The notes below the pieces were generated by a model that saw nothing but the letters and a program-made list of their open reading frames with translations, was not told the origin of the DNA and ran no database searches. From Mycobacterium tuberculosis H37Rv (lineage in GTDB: Bacteria; Actinomycetota; Actinomycetes; Mycobacteriales; Mycobacteriaceae): DNA of 32,000 bases. Made by a program: the position numbers and the translations under genes. The DNA is taken from the NCBI RefSeq assembly GCF_000195955.2, contig NC_000962.3, positions 4,110,001-4,142,000 of the forward strand. Direction: 5' to 3'. Below are positions 1 through 9,798 of this stretch, in pieces (position 1 is the first letter of the stretch; each line of letters starts with the position of its first letter).

Positions 1-481
1 GCATCACAAGGGTGCCCGGACTCTCCCCTGGCCCCCAGGTAACCCCGCACGAGTTACCGGTGGTGCGGCCCTGCTTGCAGGCGATCTGGCCGAACGACGG
101 GTCCGGGCCAATGCCGTTGATCGCAAACCCGTTGAAGACGGCCACCGGGGTCACCTTGGCCGGGTCGAACTTGATCACCGCGTAGTCCAGGCCGTCGTTG
201 CCGGCGACCATGATGCCTACCGGGCCCGCGTTCTCGGCACCCTCAGCGGCGATCTGCGCGCCCGGGCCCCCACAGTGGGCGGAAGTGAAGCCGATGAGGT
301 CACCGTTCTTGTCATGGCCGATGGTGGTTAGGGTGCACATGGTGTCCCCGTTGACGACGATGCCCGCACCACCGCCCAGCGGTAGCTTGTCGTCGGCTGC
401 CGCGGTGTTCGCAGGTAGGCACACAACGGCCAAAAGCACGGCCGCGAATGCCGCGGCAAAGCGCCTGTGCGCCGTCTGCAA
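1..481 (-). CDS. Secreted chymotrypsin-like serine protease (Rv3668c-like), 3' part cut off by window edge
   Basis: Reading the minus strand from a TTG at 481 gives LQTAHRRFAAAFAAVLLAVVCLPANTAAADDKLPLGGGAGIVVNGDTMCTLTTIGHDKNGDLIGFTSAHCGGPG...DYAVIKFD. This has a signal-peptide-like N-terminus, a catalytic-His motif (TSAHC) and an Asp motif. The frame stays open to base 1 and GGGAG precedes the start. The supplied track misses it because there is no stop in the window. Confidence 0.85.
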   Translation of the reverse strand, partial: MQTAHRRFAAAFAAVLLAVVCLPANTAAADDKLPLGGGAGIVVNGDTMCTLTTIGHDKNGDLIGFTSAHCGGPGAQIAAEGAENAGPVGIMVAGNDGLDYAVIKFDPAKVTPVAVFNGFAINGIGPDPSFGQIACKQGRTTGNSCGVTWGPGESPGTLVM

Positions 482-678
482 CGCAATGCTCCCGTCATAT
501 CGTCAGACACTTGAGAACAGATCCGCCAGTTTAGACGATCGCACCGCAACATCGGCCTCTGTTCAAACGGCCGCACACGTCAAGACGTGGCTAACTCTGT
601 CCCGCCGCCCTTGGTGTTGGCTGGCCTCGTATGGCACCGCACCGCATGGCAACATGAACCGCGATGCCAGCCGAACCG

Positions 679-816
679 CTCGGCGACGATGCGGGCCGGA
701 TGACGGCCCGAGGAGGAGCCGAGCAATCGAACCGAGCTCGGCGACGATGCGGGCCGGATGACGGCCTAGGGTGGGGTACCGCCGCTGGCGAGGGCGAGCC
801 GAGCAATCGAATCGAG
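679..816 (+). repeat. Two-copy intergenic direct repeat with core ctcggcgacgatgcgggccggatgacggcc (679-708, 737-766); second unit carries about 22 extra bp
   Basis: Cores are identical over 30 bp. gccgagcaatcga recurs at 718-730 and 798-810. Confidence 0.85.
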
Positions 817-826
817 AGGACCGTCT

Positions 827-1345
827 GTGAGCAAGATCGATCGCAAGAACGGTGTGCCCAGCACGCTGACCACGATTCCGTTGGCCGACCCGCACGCCGG
901 ACCTGCTGAGCCGTCGATCGGTGACCTGATCAAAGACGCGACAACGCAGATGTCGACGCTGGTCCGAGCCGAGGTCGAGCTGGCCCGCGCCGAGATCACC
1001 CGGGACGTCAAGAAGGGACTGACCGGCAGTGTTTTCTTCATCTCCTCGCTGGTGGTCGGGTTCTACTCCACCTTCTTTTTCTTCTTTTTCGTCGCCGAAC
1101 TGCTCGATACCTGGATCTGGCGCTGGGTGGCTTTCTTGCTCGTGTTCGCCATAATGGTCGTGGTCACCGCCGTGTTGGCCCTCTTGGGTTTCCTGAAAGT
1201 CCGGCGCATCCGGGGACCGCGGCAGACCATTGCGTCGGTCAAAGAGACGCGCACCGCACTTACCCCGGGCCATGACAAAACCCCTGTGACACCAAAACCC
1301 GTGACATCTGATCGCGCGACGCCGGTTGACCCCTCGGGTTGGTAG
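827..1345 (+). CDS. Phage-holin-superfamily / DUF1469-like membrane protein (Rv3669-like)
   Basis: 172-aa ORF, GTG start, SD-like gagagga at about 814-820. Two hydrophobic segments around a charged linker. Confidence 0.85.
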   Translation: MSKIDRKNGVPSTLTTIPLADPHAGPAEPSIGDLIKDATTQMSTLVRAEVELARAEITRDVKKGLTGSVFFISSLVVGFYSTFFFFFFVAELLDTWIWRWVAFLLVFAIMVVVTAVLALLGFLKVRRIRGPRQTIASVKETRTALTPGHDKTPVTPKPVTSDRATPVDPSGW

Positions 1346-2329
1346 ATGGCGGCACCAGATCCGTCGATGACCCGCATCGCCGGGCCATGGCGTCATCTGG
1401 ACGTGCACGCCAACGGCATCCGATTCCACGTCGTCGAGGCTGTGCCGTCCGGCCAGCCGGAGGGCCCGGATGCGGCTACGCCCCCCATGCAGCCGGCCCT
1501 GGCGAGGCCGCTGGTCATACTGCTCCATGGTTTCGGCTCGTTCTGGTGGTCCTGGCGTCATCAGTTGTGCGGCCTGACCGGGGCGCGGGTGGTCGCGGTC
1601 GATCTGCGCGGCTACGGCGGCAGCGACAAACCGCCCCGCGGGTACGACGGCTGGACGCTGGCCGGCGATACGGCCGGTCTCATCCGTGCGCTCGGGCACC
1701 CATCGGCGACGCTGGTCGGCCACGCCGATGGCGGACTGGCCTGCTGGACCACCGCGCTGCTGCATTCGCGGCTGGTGCGCGCCATAGCGCTGATCAGCTC
1801 ACCGCACCCCGCCGCGCTACGGCGATCCACGCTGACCCGGCGTGATCAGCGGCACGCACTGTTACCGACATTGCTGCGTTACCAGCTGCCGATCTGGCCG
1901 GAGCGCTTGCTGACCCGCAACAACGCAGCGGAGATCGAGCGCCTCGTGCGCGCCCGTGGCTGCGCCAAATGGCTTGCATCCGAGGACTTCTCGCAAGCAA
2001 TCGACCACCTTCGACAGGCGATCCAGATCCCGGCGGCGGCGCATTGCGCACTCGAGTACCAGCGCTGGGCGGTGCGCAGCCAGCTGCGCAGCGAAGGGCG
2101 GCGATTCATCAGGGCGATGACACAGCAACTGGGGATGCCGCTGCTGCACTTACGAGGCGACGCCGACCCTTACGTGCTGGCCGACCCGGTAGAGCGCACC
2201 CAGCGCTACGCACCACACGGGCGGTACATATCCATTGCCGGCGCAGGACATTTCAGTCACGAAGAGGCGCCGGAGGAAGTCAACCGACATCTGATGCGTT
2301 TCCTCGAGCAGGTGCACCAGCTCAGCTGA
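1346..2329 (+). CDS. ephE: Alpha/beta hydrolase, putative epoxide hydrolase EphE
   Basis: 327-aa ORF. HGFGSFWWSW oxyanion region, LVGHADGG nucleophile elbow with Asp, C-terminal GAGHFSHEE. Starts directly after the upstream TAG. Confidence 0.9.
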   Translation: MAAPDPSMTRIAGPWRHLDVHANGIRFHVVEAVPSGQPEGPDAATPPMQPALARPLVILLHGFGSFWWSWRHQLCGLTGARVVAVDLRGYGGSDKPPRGYDGWTLAGDTAGLIRALGHPSATLVGHADGGLACWTTALLHSRLVRAIALISSPHPAALRRSTLTRRDQRHALLPTLLRYQLPIWPERLLTRNNAAEIERLVRARGCAKWLASEDFSQAIDHLRQAIQIPAAAHCALEYQRWAVRSQLRSEGRRFIRAMTQQLGMPLLHLRGDADPYVLADPVERTQRYAPHGRYISIAGAGHFSHEEAPEEVNRHLMRFLEQVHQLS

Positions 2330-3515
2330 CGCAGGCCCCGGTGCCGACCGGTTGGGTAGCACCGATTTTGGCAAGCTGCCCCGCCACCTCGCCGGCCGTC
2401 AGCACAAACCCAGTTTCGGCGTCGTCGATGGCTGCGCCGAACACCACACCGAGCACCTGACCGTTGAGGTCGATCAGGGGCCCACCCGAATCACCTTGCT
2501 CCACATCGGCTCTGATGGTGTACACGTCGCGGGTAACCGGCTCCGGGTCCCCGTAAATATCGGGGCCACTGAGTCTGATGGCCTCGCGAATCCTGGCGGG
2601 TGTGGCAGTGAAATTGCCGCCGCCGGGATAACCCAGCACCACAACGTCGGCACCGGTTTTCGCCGGCTCCGCAGCGAAGACCAGCGGCGGCGGCGGCAAG
2701 TGCGGAACGGCCAGGATCGCTACGTCGACCGACGGGTCGTAGGACACCACCGTGGCCTCGAAGGGCTTGTCGCCGGCATACACCGTGACGTTGTTGGATC
2801 CGGCCACCACGTGCGCGTTGGTCATCACCCGATCGGGTGAGATCACGAAGCCGGTGCCCTCCAACACTTTCTGGCATCTGGGTGCCAGGCTGCGGATTTT
2901 GACGACACTTGGCTCGGTGGCCGCCACCACCGGATTGTTGACCAGCGCTGGGTCGGGTGAGGCCACTGGAATGACCGGCGTGCGGCTGAACGGCTCCAAA
3001 ACCGCGGGCAGGCCGGAGGTGTTCAGCAGGGCCGACAGCCGCTTGGGCACCGTCTTCAGCCAGGTGGGTGCCGCCTCGTTGACCCGGGCGAGCACCCGCG
3101 AACCCTTCACCGCGGCAGCCAGCTCGGGCTGCTCTTTCGACTGTGTCAGCGGCATCGCCAACAACCACGCCGCGGTGAGCACCACGACCAGCTGCACCCC
3201 TACCCCAATGACCGAGTCGATCAACCGGATCGGCCGGTTACGGATCGCCCCGCGGACGGCGCGGCCCAGCACCACACCAGCGACCTCGCCGACTACGACC
3301 AGTGCCAGGATCAGGAACAGCGCGGCAAACAGTTTGGCCCGCGGAGCGCTGATTTGACTGACGATATGCGGCGCCAGCAGCACGCCGGCTGTCGCGCCCA
3401 GCAGCACCCCGCCAAACGACAGCATTGAGCCCAGCGCACCGGCACGCCAGCCGGAGATGGCTGCAATAAATGCGACCGCCAAGACGGCGATATCCAGCCA
3501 CTGCGACGGGGTCAT
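2322..3515 (-). CDS. marP: Membrane-anchored periplasmic serine protease (acid resistance protease, CvpA-like N-terminus)
   Basis: Four hydrophobic N-terminal segments, then a trypsin-like domain with NAHVV, DVAILAV and GDSGGPLI. ORF extends to 3524; MTPSQWLD start at 3515 preferred (397 aa). Confidence 0.93.
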   Translation of the reverse strand: MTPSQWLDIAVLAVAFIAAISGWRAGALGSMLSFGGVLLGATAGVLLAPHIVSQISAPRAKLFAALFLILALVVVGEVAGVVLGRAVRGAIRNRPIRLIDSVIGVGVQLVVVLTAAWLLAMPLTQSKEQPELAAAVKGSRVLARVNEAAPTWLKTVPKRLSALLNTSGLPAVLEPFSRTPVIPVASPDPALVNNPVVAATEPSVVKIRSLAPRCQKVLEGTGFVISPDRVMTNAHVVAGSNNVTVYAGDKPFEATVVSYDPSVDVAILAVPHLPPPPLVFAAEPAKTGADVVVLGYPGGGNFTATPARIREAIRLSGPDIYGDPEPVTRDVYTIRADVEQGDSGGPLIDLNGQVLGVVFGAAIDDAETGFVLTAGEVAGQLAKIGATQPVGTGACVS

Positions 3516-3520
3516 CGAAT

Positions 3521-4342
3521 TCATCGCGGGTCACTCTCGTCGTCGATCAGCACCATTGCCGCGTCCAACTCGCGGATGTCACCGGTGTCCCAGGGTTGTG
3601 CCCAGCCCGCGACATCGAGCACCGCGGAAATCACCTGGCCAGTGAAGCCCCATACCAGCATCTGGTTTAACAGGAACGCCGGCCCGGCCCAGCGACGAGT
3701 GTGCGGGCGGCGGTACACCATGAGCCGATTGGCCGGATTGATGAAGGCGCGCACCGGTACCCGCGCGACGATCGCCGTTTCGGCCTCGTTGACGACGGCC
3801 ACCGGCCCGGGATCCGGCGAGTACGCCAGCACCGGGACAACATGGAACCGCGACGGCGCAATGAACGTCCGCTCCATGGTGGCCAGCGGATGCAGCCTGG
3901 ACGGGTCAATCCCGGTTTCTTCGTTCGCCTCACGCAAGGCGGTGGCCACCGGCCCGTCGTCGGCGGGGTCGACCACACCGCCGGGAAAAGCCGCCTGGCC
4001 GGCATGGTGGCGCAATGTCGAGGCCCGCACGGTCAGCAGTAGGTCGGCGTCGTCTGGGACACCACCGTCGCCTGGCCCGGCCTCCGGGCCAGAAAACAGC
4101 ACCAGAACGGCCGCCTCGCGGTGATCCCGGCGCGACGATGTCATTGCCGACACAGCCCCGGCGGCCGTCACCATCGCTAGCACATCGGCGGGCAACCGAC
4201 GCCGGTAGGCGTCGGGTATCTGGCCAACGTTGTCGACCAGTGGACGCAGCCAGGACGGGCCGGCATCAGGCCGCAGGGCAACCGTCCCCCGTGAACCGGT
4301 GGGGGTCGCTCCCGCTTGCAGGGGGGTACCCCCAGCACTCAT
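3521..4342 (-). CDS. Nudix hydrolase (CoA pyrophosphatase-like), Rv3672c-like
   Basis: Nudix box GGVVDPADDGPVATALREANEETGI. Maximal ORF reaches 4402 (293 aa); MSAGGTPL start at 4342 gives 273 aa. Start uncertain, see findings. Confidence 0.88.
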   Translation of the reverse strand: MSAGGTPLQAGATPTGSRGTVALRPDAGPSWLRPLVDNVGQIPDAYRRRLPADVLAMVTAAGAVSAMTSSRRDHREAAVLVLFSGPEAGPGDGGVPDDADLLLTVRASTLRHHAGQAAFPGGVVDPADDGPVATALREANEETGIDPSRLHPLATMERTFIAPSRFHVVPVLAYSPDPGPVAVVNEAETAIVARVPVRAFINPANRLMVYRRPHTRRWAGPAFLLNQMLVWGFTGQVISAVLDVAGWAQPWDTGDIRELDAAMVLIDDESDPR

Positions 4343-4473
4343 CGGCGCCTCCTTTGGGTCCAAAGTTGCCCAGCTCCTCTTCAAGCCGCTAACCCGGCCC
4401 ACATCACCGCCGAGTGGAGCCCACCTGCTCAGAGCAGGCCGGACCGGCTACGCGGCCCGCACCGCAACCGTAC

Positions 4474-5156
4474 TCATCCCGCGTCGTTCCCGACCGCAGC
4501 CACGATCTCGTCGGCACTGCCGAAAGCCCGCGGCAGGGTCTGGGCAACGCTACCGTCCGGCCGCAGAACCACCGTCGCGGGCATCACATTTGCGACCCGC
4601 AGCGCGGCCGCCACCCTGCGGCGGTCATCCTGCAGCGTCGGCAACCGGACGCCGAGATCGGCCAGCCGCGACAGCGCGGCCGCCTCGTTCTGGCCCTGAT
4701 GCACCGTCACGACCAGCACGGCGGGCCCGACCCGTCGTTGATATTCGGCCATCACGGGCAGCTCGGTCATGCACGGCGCGCACCAATGCGCCCACAGATT
4801 GATGACCACCCGACGTCCGGCCAGCGCGCGGGCGACGTCGACGGCCGAACCGTCGCCCGCACACACCACCACAACACCGCGTAGTGCCGCCGCGCCCGGA
4901 CCGTTACCTGCCGCGGGACAGGGCGGCAGGTTTGCGCGCTGCCGGGACCAAGCCAATGCTTCCGGGGTATCGCCGTCGCGATGTTCGCGCGGGGCGGGCC
5001 GCTGGCTGATCGTGCTCGAGGCGGAATAGTCATGCAGTTGGGCAACCAGCGCCGCCATCAGCGCTGCCACCACCGCCAGGATCGCGATGGTCCAGCGGGT
5101 CTTTCCGGTTAACGTCGTCATTGCGGTCTCAGCGGGGGTTGTTGGCAGGCTTGGCA

Positions 5157-5157
<1 letters not shown>
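4474..5157 (-). CDS. Membrane-anchored thioredoxin-like / TlpA-family protein
   Basis: 227 aa. N-terminal TM segment, then VVINLWAHWCAPCMTELPVM (WCxxC). Confidence 0.9.
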
Positions 5158-5945
<788 letters not shown>

Positions 5946-6001
5946 CTACGACAGAGTACTGATTTCGTGATCTCACTGAGACCTCGTGTTGATTCGAAGC
6001 C

Positions 6002-6379
6002 ATGTTTACTCTCCTTGTGTCATGGTTGCTCGTGGCCTGCGTTCCTGGGTTGTTGATGCTGGCGACCCTCGGGTTGGGACGGCTGGAAAGGTTTCTGGCC
6101 CGAGACACGGTCACGGCGACCGACGTCGCGGAGTTTCTCGAGCAGGCCGAGGCCGTGGATGTGCATACGCTCGCTCGGAATGGAATGCCGGAGGCGCTGG
6201 ATTACCTGCATCGACGTCAAGCCCGGCGAATCACCGATTCACCGCCGCTTGGGTCTGGCGCTGGGCCACGGTATGCCGGGCCGCTGTTTGTCACCGATCT
6301 CGATAGCCCCGTCGAGCCACCCCGGCATGGCCAGCCCAATCCGCAGTTTAGAACGGCTCGACACGCAAATCACGTGTAG
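6002..6379 (+). CDS. Small membrane-associated hypothetical protein (Rv3675-like)
   Basis: 125-aa ORF with hydrophobic N-terminal segment MFTLLVSWLLVACVPGLLMLATLG. Confidence 0.75.
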   Translation: MFTLLVSWLLVACVPGLLMLATLGLGRLERFLARDTVTATDVAEFLEQAEAVDVHTLARNGMPEALDYLHRRQARRITDSPPLGSGAGPRYAGPLFVTDLDSPVEPPRHGQPNPQFRTARHANHV

Positions 6380-6477
6380 CGTTGGCACGGCGAACCGGTT
6401 GGCCTACCTCTAGACTCTTCTCGTTGGCAAACGGTTAGTGTGCCCGTATCACTTCGTCGGAAAGTTGAAGAGGCAAC

Positions 6478-7152
6478 GTGGACGAGATCCTGGCCAGGGC
6501 AGGAATCTTCCAAGGCGTGGAGCCCAGCGCAATCGCCGCACTGACGAAACAGCTGCAGCCCGTCGACTTCCCCCGTGGACACACGGTCTTCGCGGAAGGG
6601 GAGCCGGGCGATCGGCTGTACATCATCATCTCGGGGAAGGTCAAGATCGGTCGCCGGGCACCAGACGGCCGAGAAAACCTGTTAACCATCATGGGCCCGT
6701 CGGACATGTTCGGCGAGTTGTCGATCTTCGACCCGGGTCCGCGCACGTCCAGCGCGACCACGATCACCGAGGTGCGGGCGGTGTCGATGGACCGCGACGC
6801 GCTGCGGTCATGGATCGCCGATCGTCCCGAAATCTCCGAACAGCTGCTGCGGGTGCTGGCCCGCCGGCTGCGCCGCACCAACAACAACCTGGCCGACCTC
6901 ATCTTCACCGATGTGCCCGGTCGGGTGGCCAAGCAGCTGTTGCAGCTCGCCCAGCGTTTCGGCACCCAGGAAGGTGGCGCATTGCGGGTCACCCACGACC
7001 TGACACAGGAAGAAATCGCCCAGCTGGTCGGGGCCTCACGCGAGACGGTGAACAAGGCACTGGCTGATTTCGCTCACCGCGGCTGGATCCGCCTTGAGGG
7101 CAAGAGTGTGCTGATCTCTGACTCCGAAAGACTGGCCCGCCGAGCGAGGTAA
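6478..7152 (+). CDS. crp: CRP/FNR-family cAMP-responsive transcriptional regulator
   Basis: 224 aa. cNMP-binding fold ([17 protein letters not shown]) and C-terminal HTH ([21 protein letters not shown]). Confidence 0.96.
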   Translation: MDEILARAGIFQGVEPSAIAALTKQLQPVDFPRGHTVFAEGEPGDRLYIIISGKVKIGRRAPDGRENLLTIMGPSDMFGELSIFDPGPRTSSATTITEVRAVSMDRDALRSWIADRPEISEQLLRVLARRLRRTNNNLADLIFTDVPGRVAKQLLQLAQRFGTQEGGALRVTHDLTQEEIAQLVGASRETVNKALADFAHRGWIRLEGKSVLISDSERLARRAR

Positions 7153-7199
7153 GCGCGCGCCGCGCGGGCGCAACCGAGCGAGCTAGCTTCCTCACGCCC

Positions 7200-7253
7200 A
7201 GCAGACACAGAGTCGCACGCAAACGACGGATTTTGTGCGATTGTGCGGCTGCT
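7200..7253. terminator. Imperfect stem-loop between convergent crp and MBL-hydrolase genes, possible bidirectional terminator
   Basis: Left AGCAGACACAGAGTCGCACGCAAA aligns with the reverse complement of the right arm, AGCAGCCGCACAATCGCACAAAA. The stop codons flank it. Confidence 0.45.
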
Positions 7254-7257
7254 CGCG

Positions 7258-8052
7258 CTACCGAGTCCGCAGATAGTCCAGTTGTGCCTGCACCGACCAT
7301 TCGGCCGCATTCCAAAGCTTTTCGTCAACGTCGAGGTAGACGTGTTCGACGACCTCGCGGACCGTGGCGTCGTCACCGAGATCCCGCAACGCGGCGCGTA
7401 TCTGCTCCAGACGTTCGTGCCGGTGCAGCAGGTATCCCGATGCAATCGCTTCCAGGTCGAGCAAGTCCGGCCCGTGCCCCGGCAGCACGGTCCGCCGGCC
7501 CAGGCCACGCAGCCGGTGCAGCGATTCCAAGTAGTCGGCTAGGCTGCCGTCTTCCTTGTCGATGACGGTGGTCCCGCAACCCAACACGGTGTCGGCGGTC
7601 AACACGGCGTCGTCGAGGACAAATGACAGCGAATCTGCGGTGTGGCCAGGGGTGGCCAACACGGTAATGGTTAACCCGGCAACGTCGATCACTTCCCCGT
7701 CGGTCAGCGTCTCCCCATCACGTCGCAAGAACTGCGGATCCGCGGCCCGTACCGGCGCCCCGGTCAGCGCGACCAGTTTGTCGATGCCGCTGGTGTGGTC
7801 GCCATGACGATGACTGATCAGTACCAACGCGATGCGGCCAAGCGCGGCAACCCGTGCCAGGTGCTCGTCGTCGTCCGGGCCTGGATCGACAACGACCAGC
7901 TCGTCACTGAGCGGGCCGCGCAGCACCCAGGTGTTGGTGCCGTCCAACGTCAGCAAACCGGGGTTGTCGGCCAACAGGACCGACGCGGTGTCGGTGACCG
8001 CGCGCAGCTGGCCGTAGGCGGGATGGGTCAGCGACTCAGCTGTCTTCGACAT
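7258..8052 (-). CDS. Metallo-beta-lactamase-fold hydrolase (Rv3677c-like)
   Basis: 264 aa with LISHRHGDHTSG (HxHxDH) and HTADSLSF, FLPGHGPD-like C-terminal motifs. Confidence 0.92.
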   Translation of the reverse strand: MSKTAESLTHPAYGQLRAVTDTASVLLADNPGLLTLDGTNTWVLRGPLSDELVVVDPGPDDDEHLARVAALGRIALVLISHRHGDHTSGIDKLVALTGAPVRAADPQFLRRDGETLTDGEVIDVAGLTITVLATPGHTADSLSFVLDDAVLTADTVLGCGTTVIDKEDGSLADYLESLHRLRGLGRRTVLPGHGPDLLDLEAIASGYLLHRHERLEQIRAALRDLGDDATVREVVEHVYLDVDEKLWNAAEWSVQAQLDYLRTR

Positions 8053-8058
8053 CGGCCG

Positions 8059-8514
8059 CTAGCCGACCTCCACGATCAACTCGACTTCCACCGGCGCATC
8101 CAACGGTAGCTCGGATACGCCGACCGCCGAACGCGCATGCGCGCCGCTATCGCCGAACACCTCGGCCAGCAGATCGGAGGCCCCGTTGATCACGCTCGGC
8201 TGGCCGTGAAACCCCGGTGCCGAAGCGACAAACCCGACGACTTTGACCACCCGGGTCACCGCGTCGAGATCCACCAGCGAATCAACGGCTGCCAGCGCAT
8301 TGAGCGCGCAGATCCGCGCGAGCGTCTTGCCCTCCTCCGGGTTGACGTCGGCGCCGAGCTTGCCGGTCCGCACCAGCTTGCCTGCCTCCAACGGCAGCTG
8401 GCCCGCGGTGTAGACCAGGTTGCCGGTGCGCACAGCTGGAACGTAGGCCGCCAGCGGCGCCGCCACTTGCGGTAGCGTGACACCGAGTTGCCCTAATCGG
8501 GCTTTAGCGCTCAT
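8059..8514 (-). CDS. RidA/YjgF-family protein (Rv3678c-like)
   Basis: 151 aa with NLVYTAGQLP and VEVELIVEV-type YjgF motifs. Confidence 0.85.
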   Translation of the reverse strand: MSAKARLGQLGVTLPQVAAPLAAYVPAVRTGNLVYTAGQLPLEAGKLVRTGKLGADVNPEEGKTLARICALNALAAVDSLVDLDAVTRVVKVVGFVASAPGFHGQPSVINGASDLLAEVFGDSGAHARSAVGVSELPLDAPVEVELIVEVG

Positions 8515-8529
8515 TAACCCCGATACCTC

Positions 8530-8691
8530 CTACTTCGGGCGCTTCAGGTAAGCGACGTGCTGCTCACCGGTGGGCCCGGGCAGCACCGCCACCAGCTCCC
8601 AGCCATCGGCTCCCCACTGGTCGAGGATCTGTTTGGTGGCGTGCGTCAACAGCGGGACCGTGGCGTACTCCCATGCGGTGGGTTGGGTCAT
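8530..8691 (-). CDS. Small DUF4177-like hypothetical protein, 53 aa (Rv3678A-like)
   Basis: Read manually: MTQPTAWEYATVPLLTHATKQILDQWGADGWELVAVLPGPTGEQHVAYLKRPK*. The WEYATVPLL...ILDQWGADGWELVAV pattern is typical of DUF4177. Below the size cutoff of the supplied track. Confidence 0.85.
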   Translation of the reverse strand: MTQPTAWEYATVPLLTHATKQILDQWGADGWELVAVLPGPTGEQHVAYLKRPK

Positions 8692-8775
8692 GACGCGAGC
8701 TTATCGGTCGGACTGGACCCGCTCCGCTCAGCCCGGTAGCCCGGAAAGATCGCCAGGCCATCGGGCTAGCATGCC

Positions 8776-9798
8776 ATGGTGGCAACCACATCTAGCGGCG
8801 GTAGTTCCGTCGGCTGGCCGTCACGCTTGTCGGGGGTCCGACTGCACCTTGTCACCGGCAAAGGCGGTACCGGGAAGTCGACGATCGCGGCCGCGCTCGC
8901 GCTGACGCTGGCAGCGGGCGGCCGCAAAGTCCTACTCGTCGAAGTCGAGGGGCGCCAGGGGATTGCGCAACTCTTCGACGTCCCGCCACTGCCCTACCAG
9001 GAACTTAAGATCGCGACCGCCGAGCGCGGCGGCCAGGTCAACGCCTTGGCAATCGACATCGAGGCCGCCTTCCTGGAATACCTCGACATGTTTTACAACC
9101 TCGGTATCGCAGGCCGGGCCATGCGCCGTATCGGCGCGGTCGAGTTCGCGACGACGATCGCGCCCGGTCTGCGCGACGTGCTGCTCACCGGCAAGATCAA
9201 GGAGACGGTGGTGCGCCTCGACAAGAACAAGCTGCCGGTCTATGATGCAATCGTCGTCGATGCGCCTCCGACCGGGCGCATCGCGCGCTTCCTGGATGTC
9301 ACCAAGGCGGTGTCCGATCTGGCCAAGGGCGGACCGGTGCATGCGCAAAGCGAAGGCGTGGTGAAGTTACTGCACTCCAACCAGACCGCCATCCATTTGG
9401 TCACTCTGTTAGAAGCGCTGCCGGTGCAGGAGACACTGGAAGCCATCGAGGAGCTTGCGCAGATGGAACTGCCGATCGGCAGTGTGATCGTGAACCGCAA
9501 CATCCCCGCCCATTTGGAGCCTCAGGACTTGGCGAAGGCCGCCGAGGGCGAGGTCGATGCAGACTCGGTGCGGGCCGGGTTGTTGACGGCCGGGGTCAAG
9601 CTTCCCGACGCCGATTTCGCCGGCCTGCTTACCGAGACCATCCAGCATGCCACCCGAATCACCGCACGCGCCGAAATCGCACAACAGCTTGACGCCTTGC
9701 AGGTTCCGCGATTGGAATTGCCGACGGTCTCTGACGGCGTCGACCTTGGCAGCCTCTACGAGCTCTCGGAATCACTTGCCCAGCAGGGGGTTCGATGA
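8776..9798 (+). CDS. ArsA/Get3-like anion-transporting ATPase, subunit A (Rv3679-like)
   Basis: 340 aa with deviant Walker [18 protein letters not shown] and [15 protein letters not shown]. Confidence 0.9.

Noticed and set aside
827-1345. Prophage holin implied by the family name
   Set aside because: No other phage genes nearby, and this membrane family is a chromosomal housekeeping-type gene in actinobacteria.
563-1765. 400-aa minus-strand ORF (and 198..761 plus-strand 187-aa ORF)
   Set aside because: Arg/Gly/Pro/His-rich, low-complexity translations antisense to Rv3669/ephE and Rv3668c. They are shadow ORFs expected in high-GC DNA.
6438-6452. Possible CRP autoregulatory site gtgtgcccgtatcac upstream of crp
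   Set aside because: GTG and CAC half-sites are separated by 7 or 9 nt depending on choice, not the 8 expected for TGTGA-N6-TCACA. Only a weak match without binding data.
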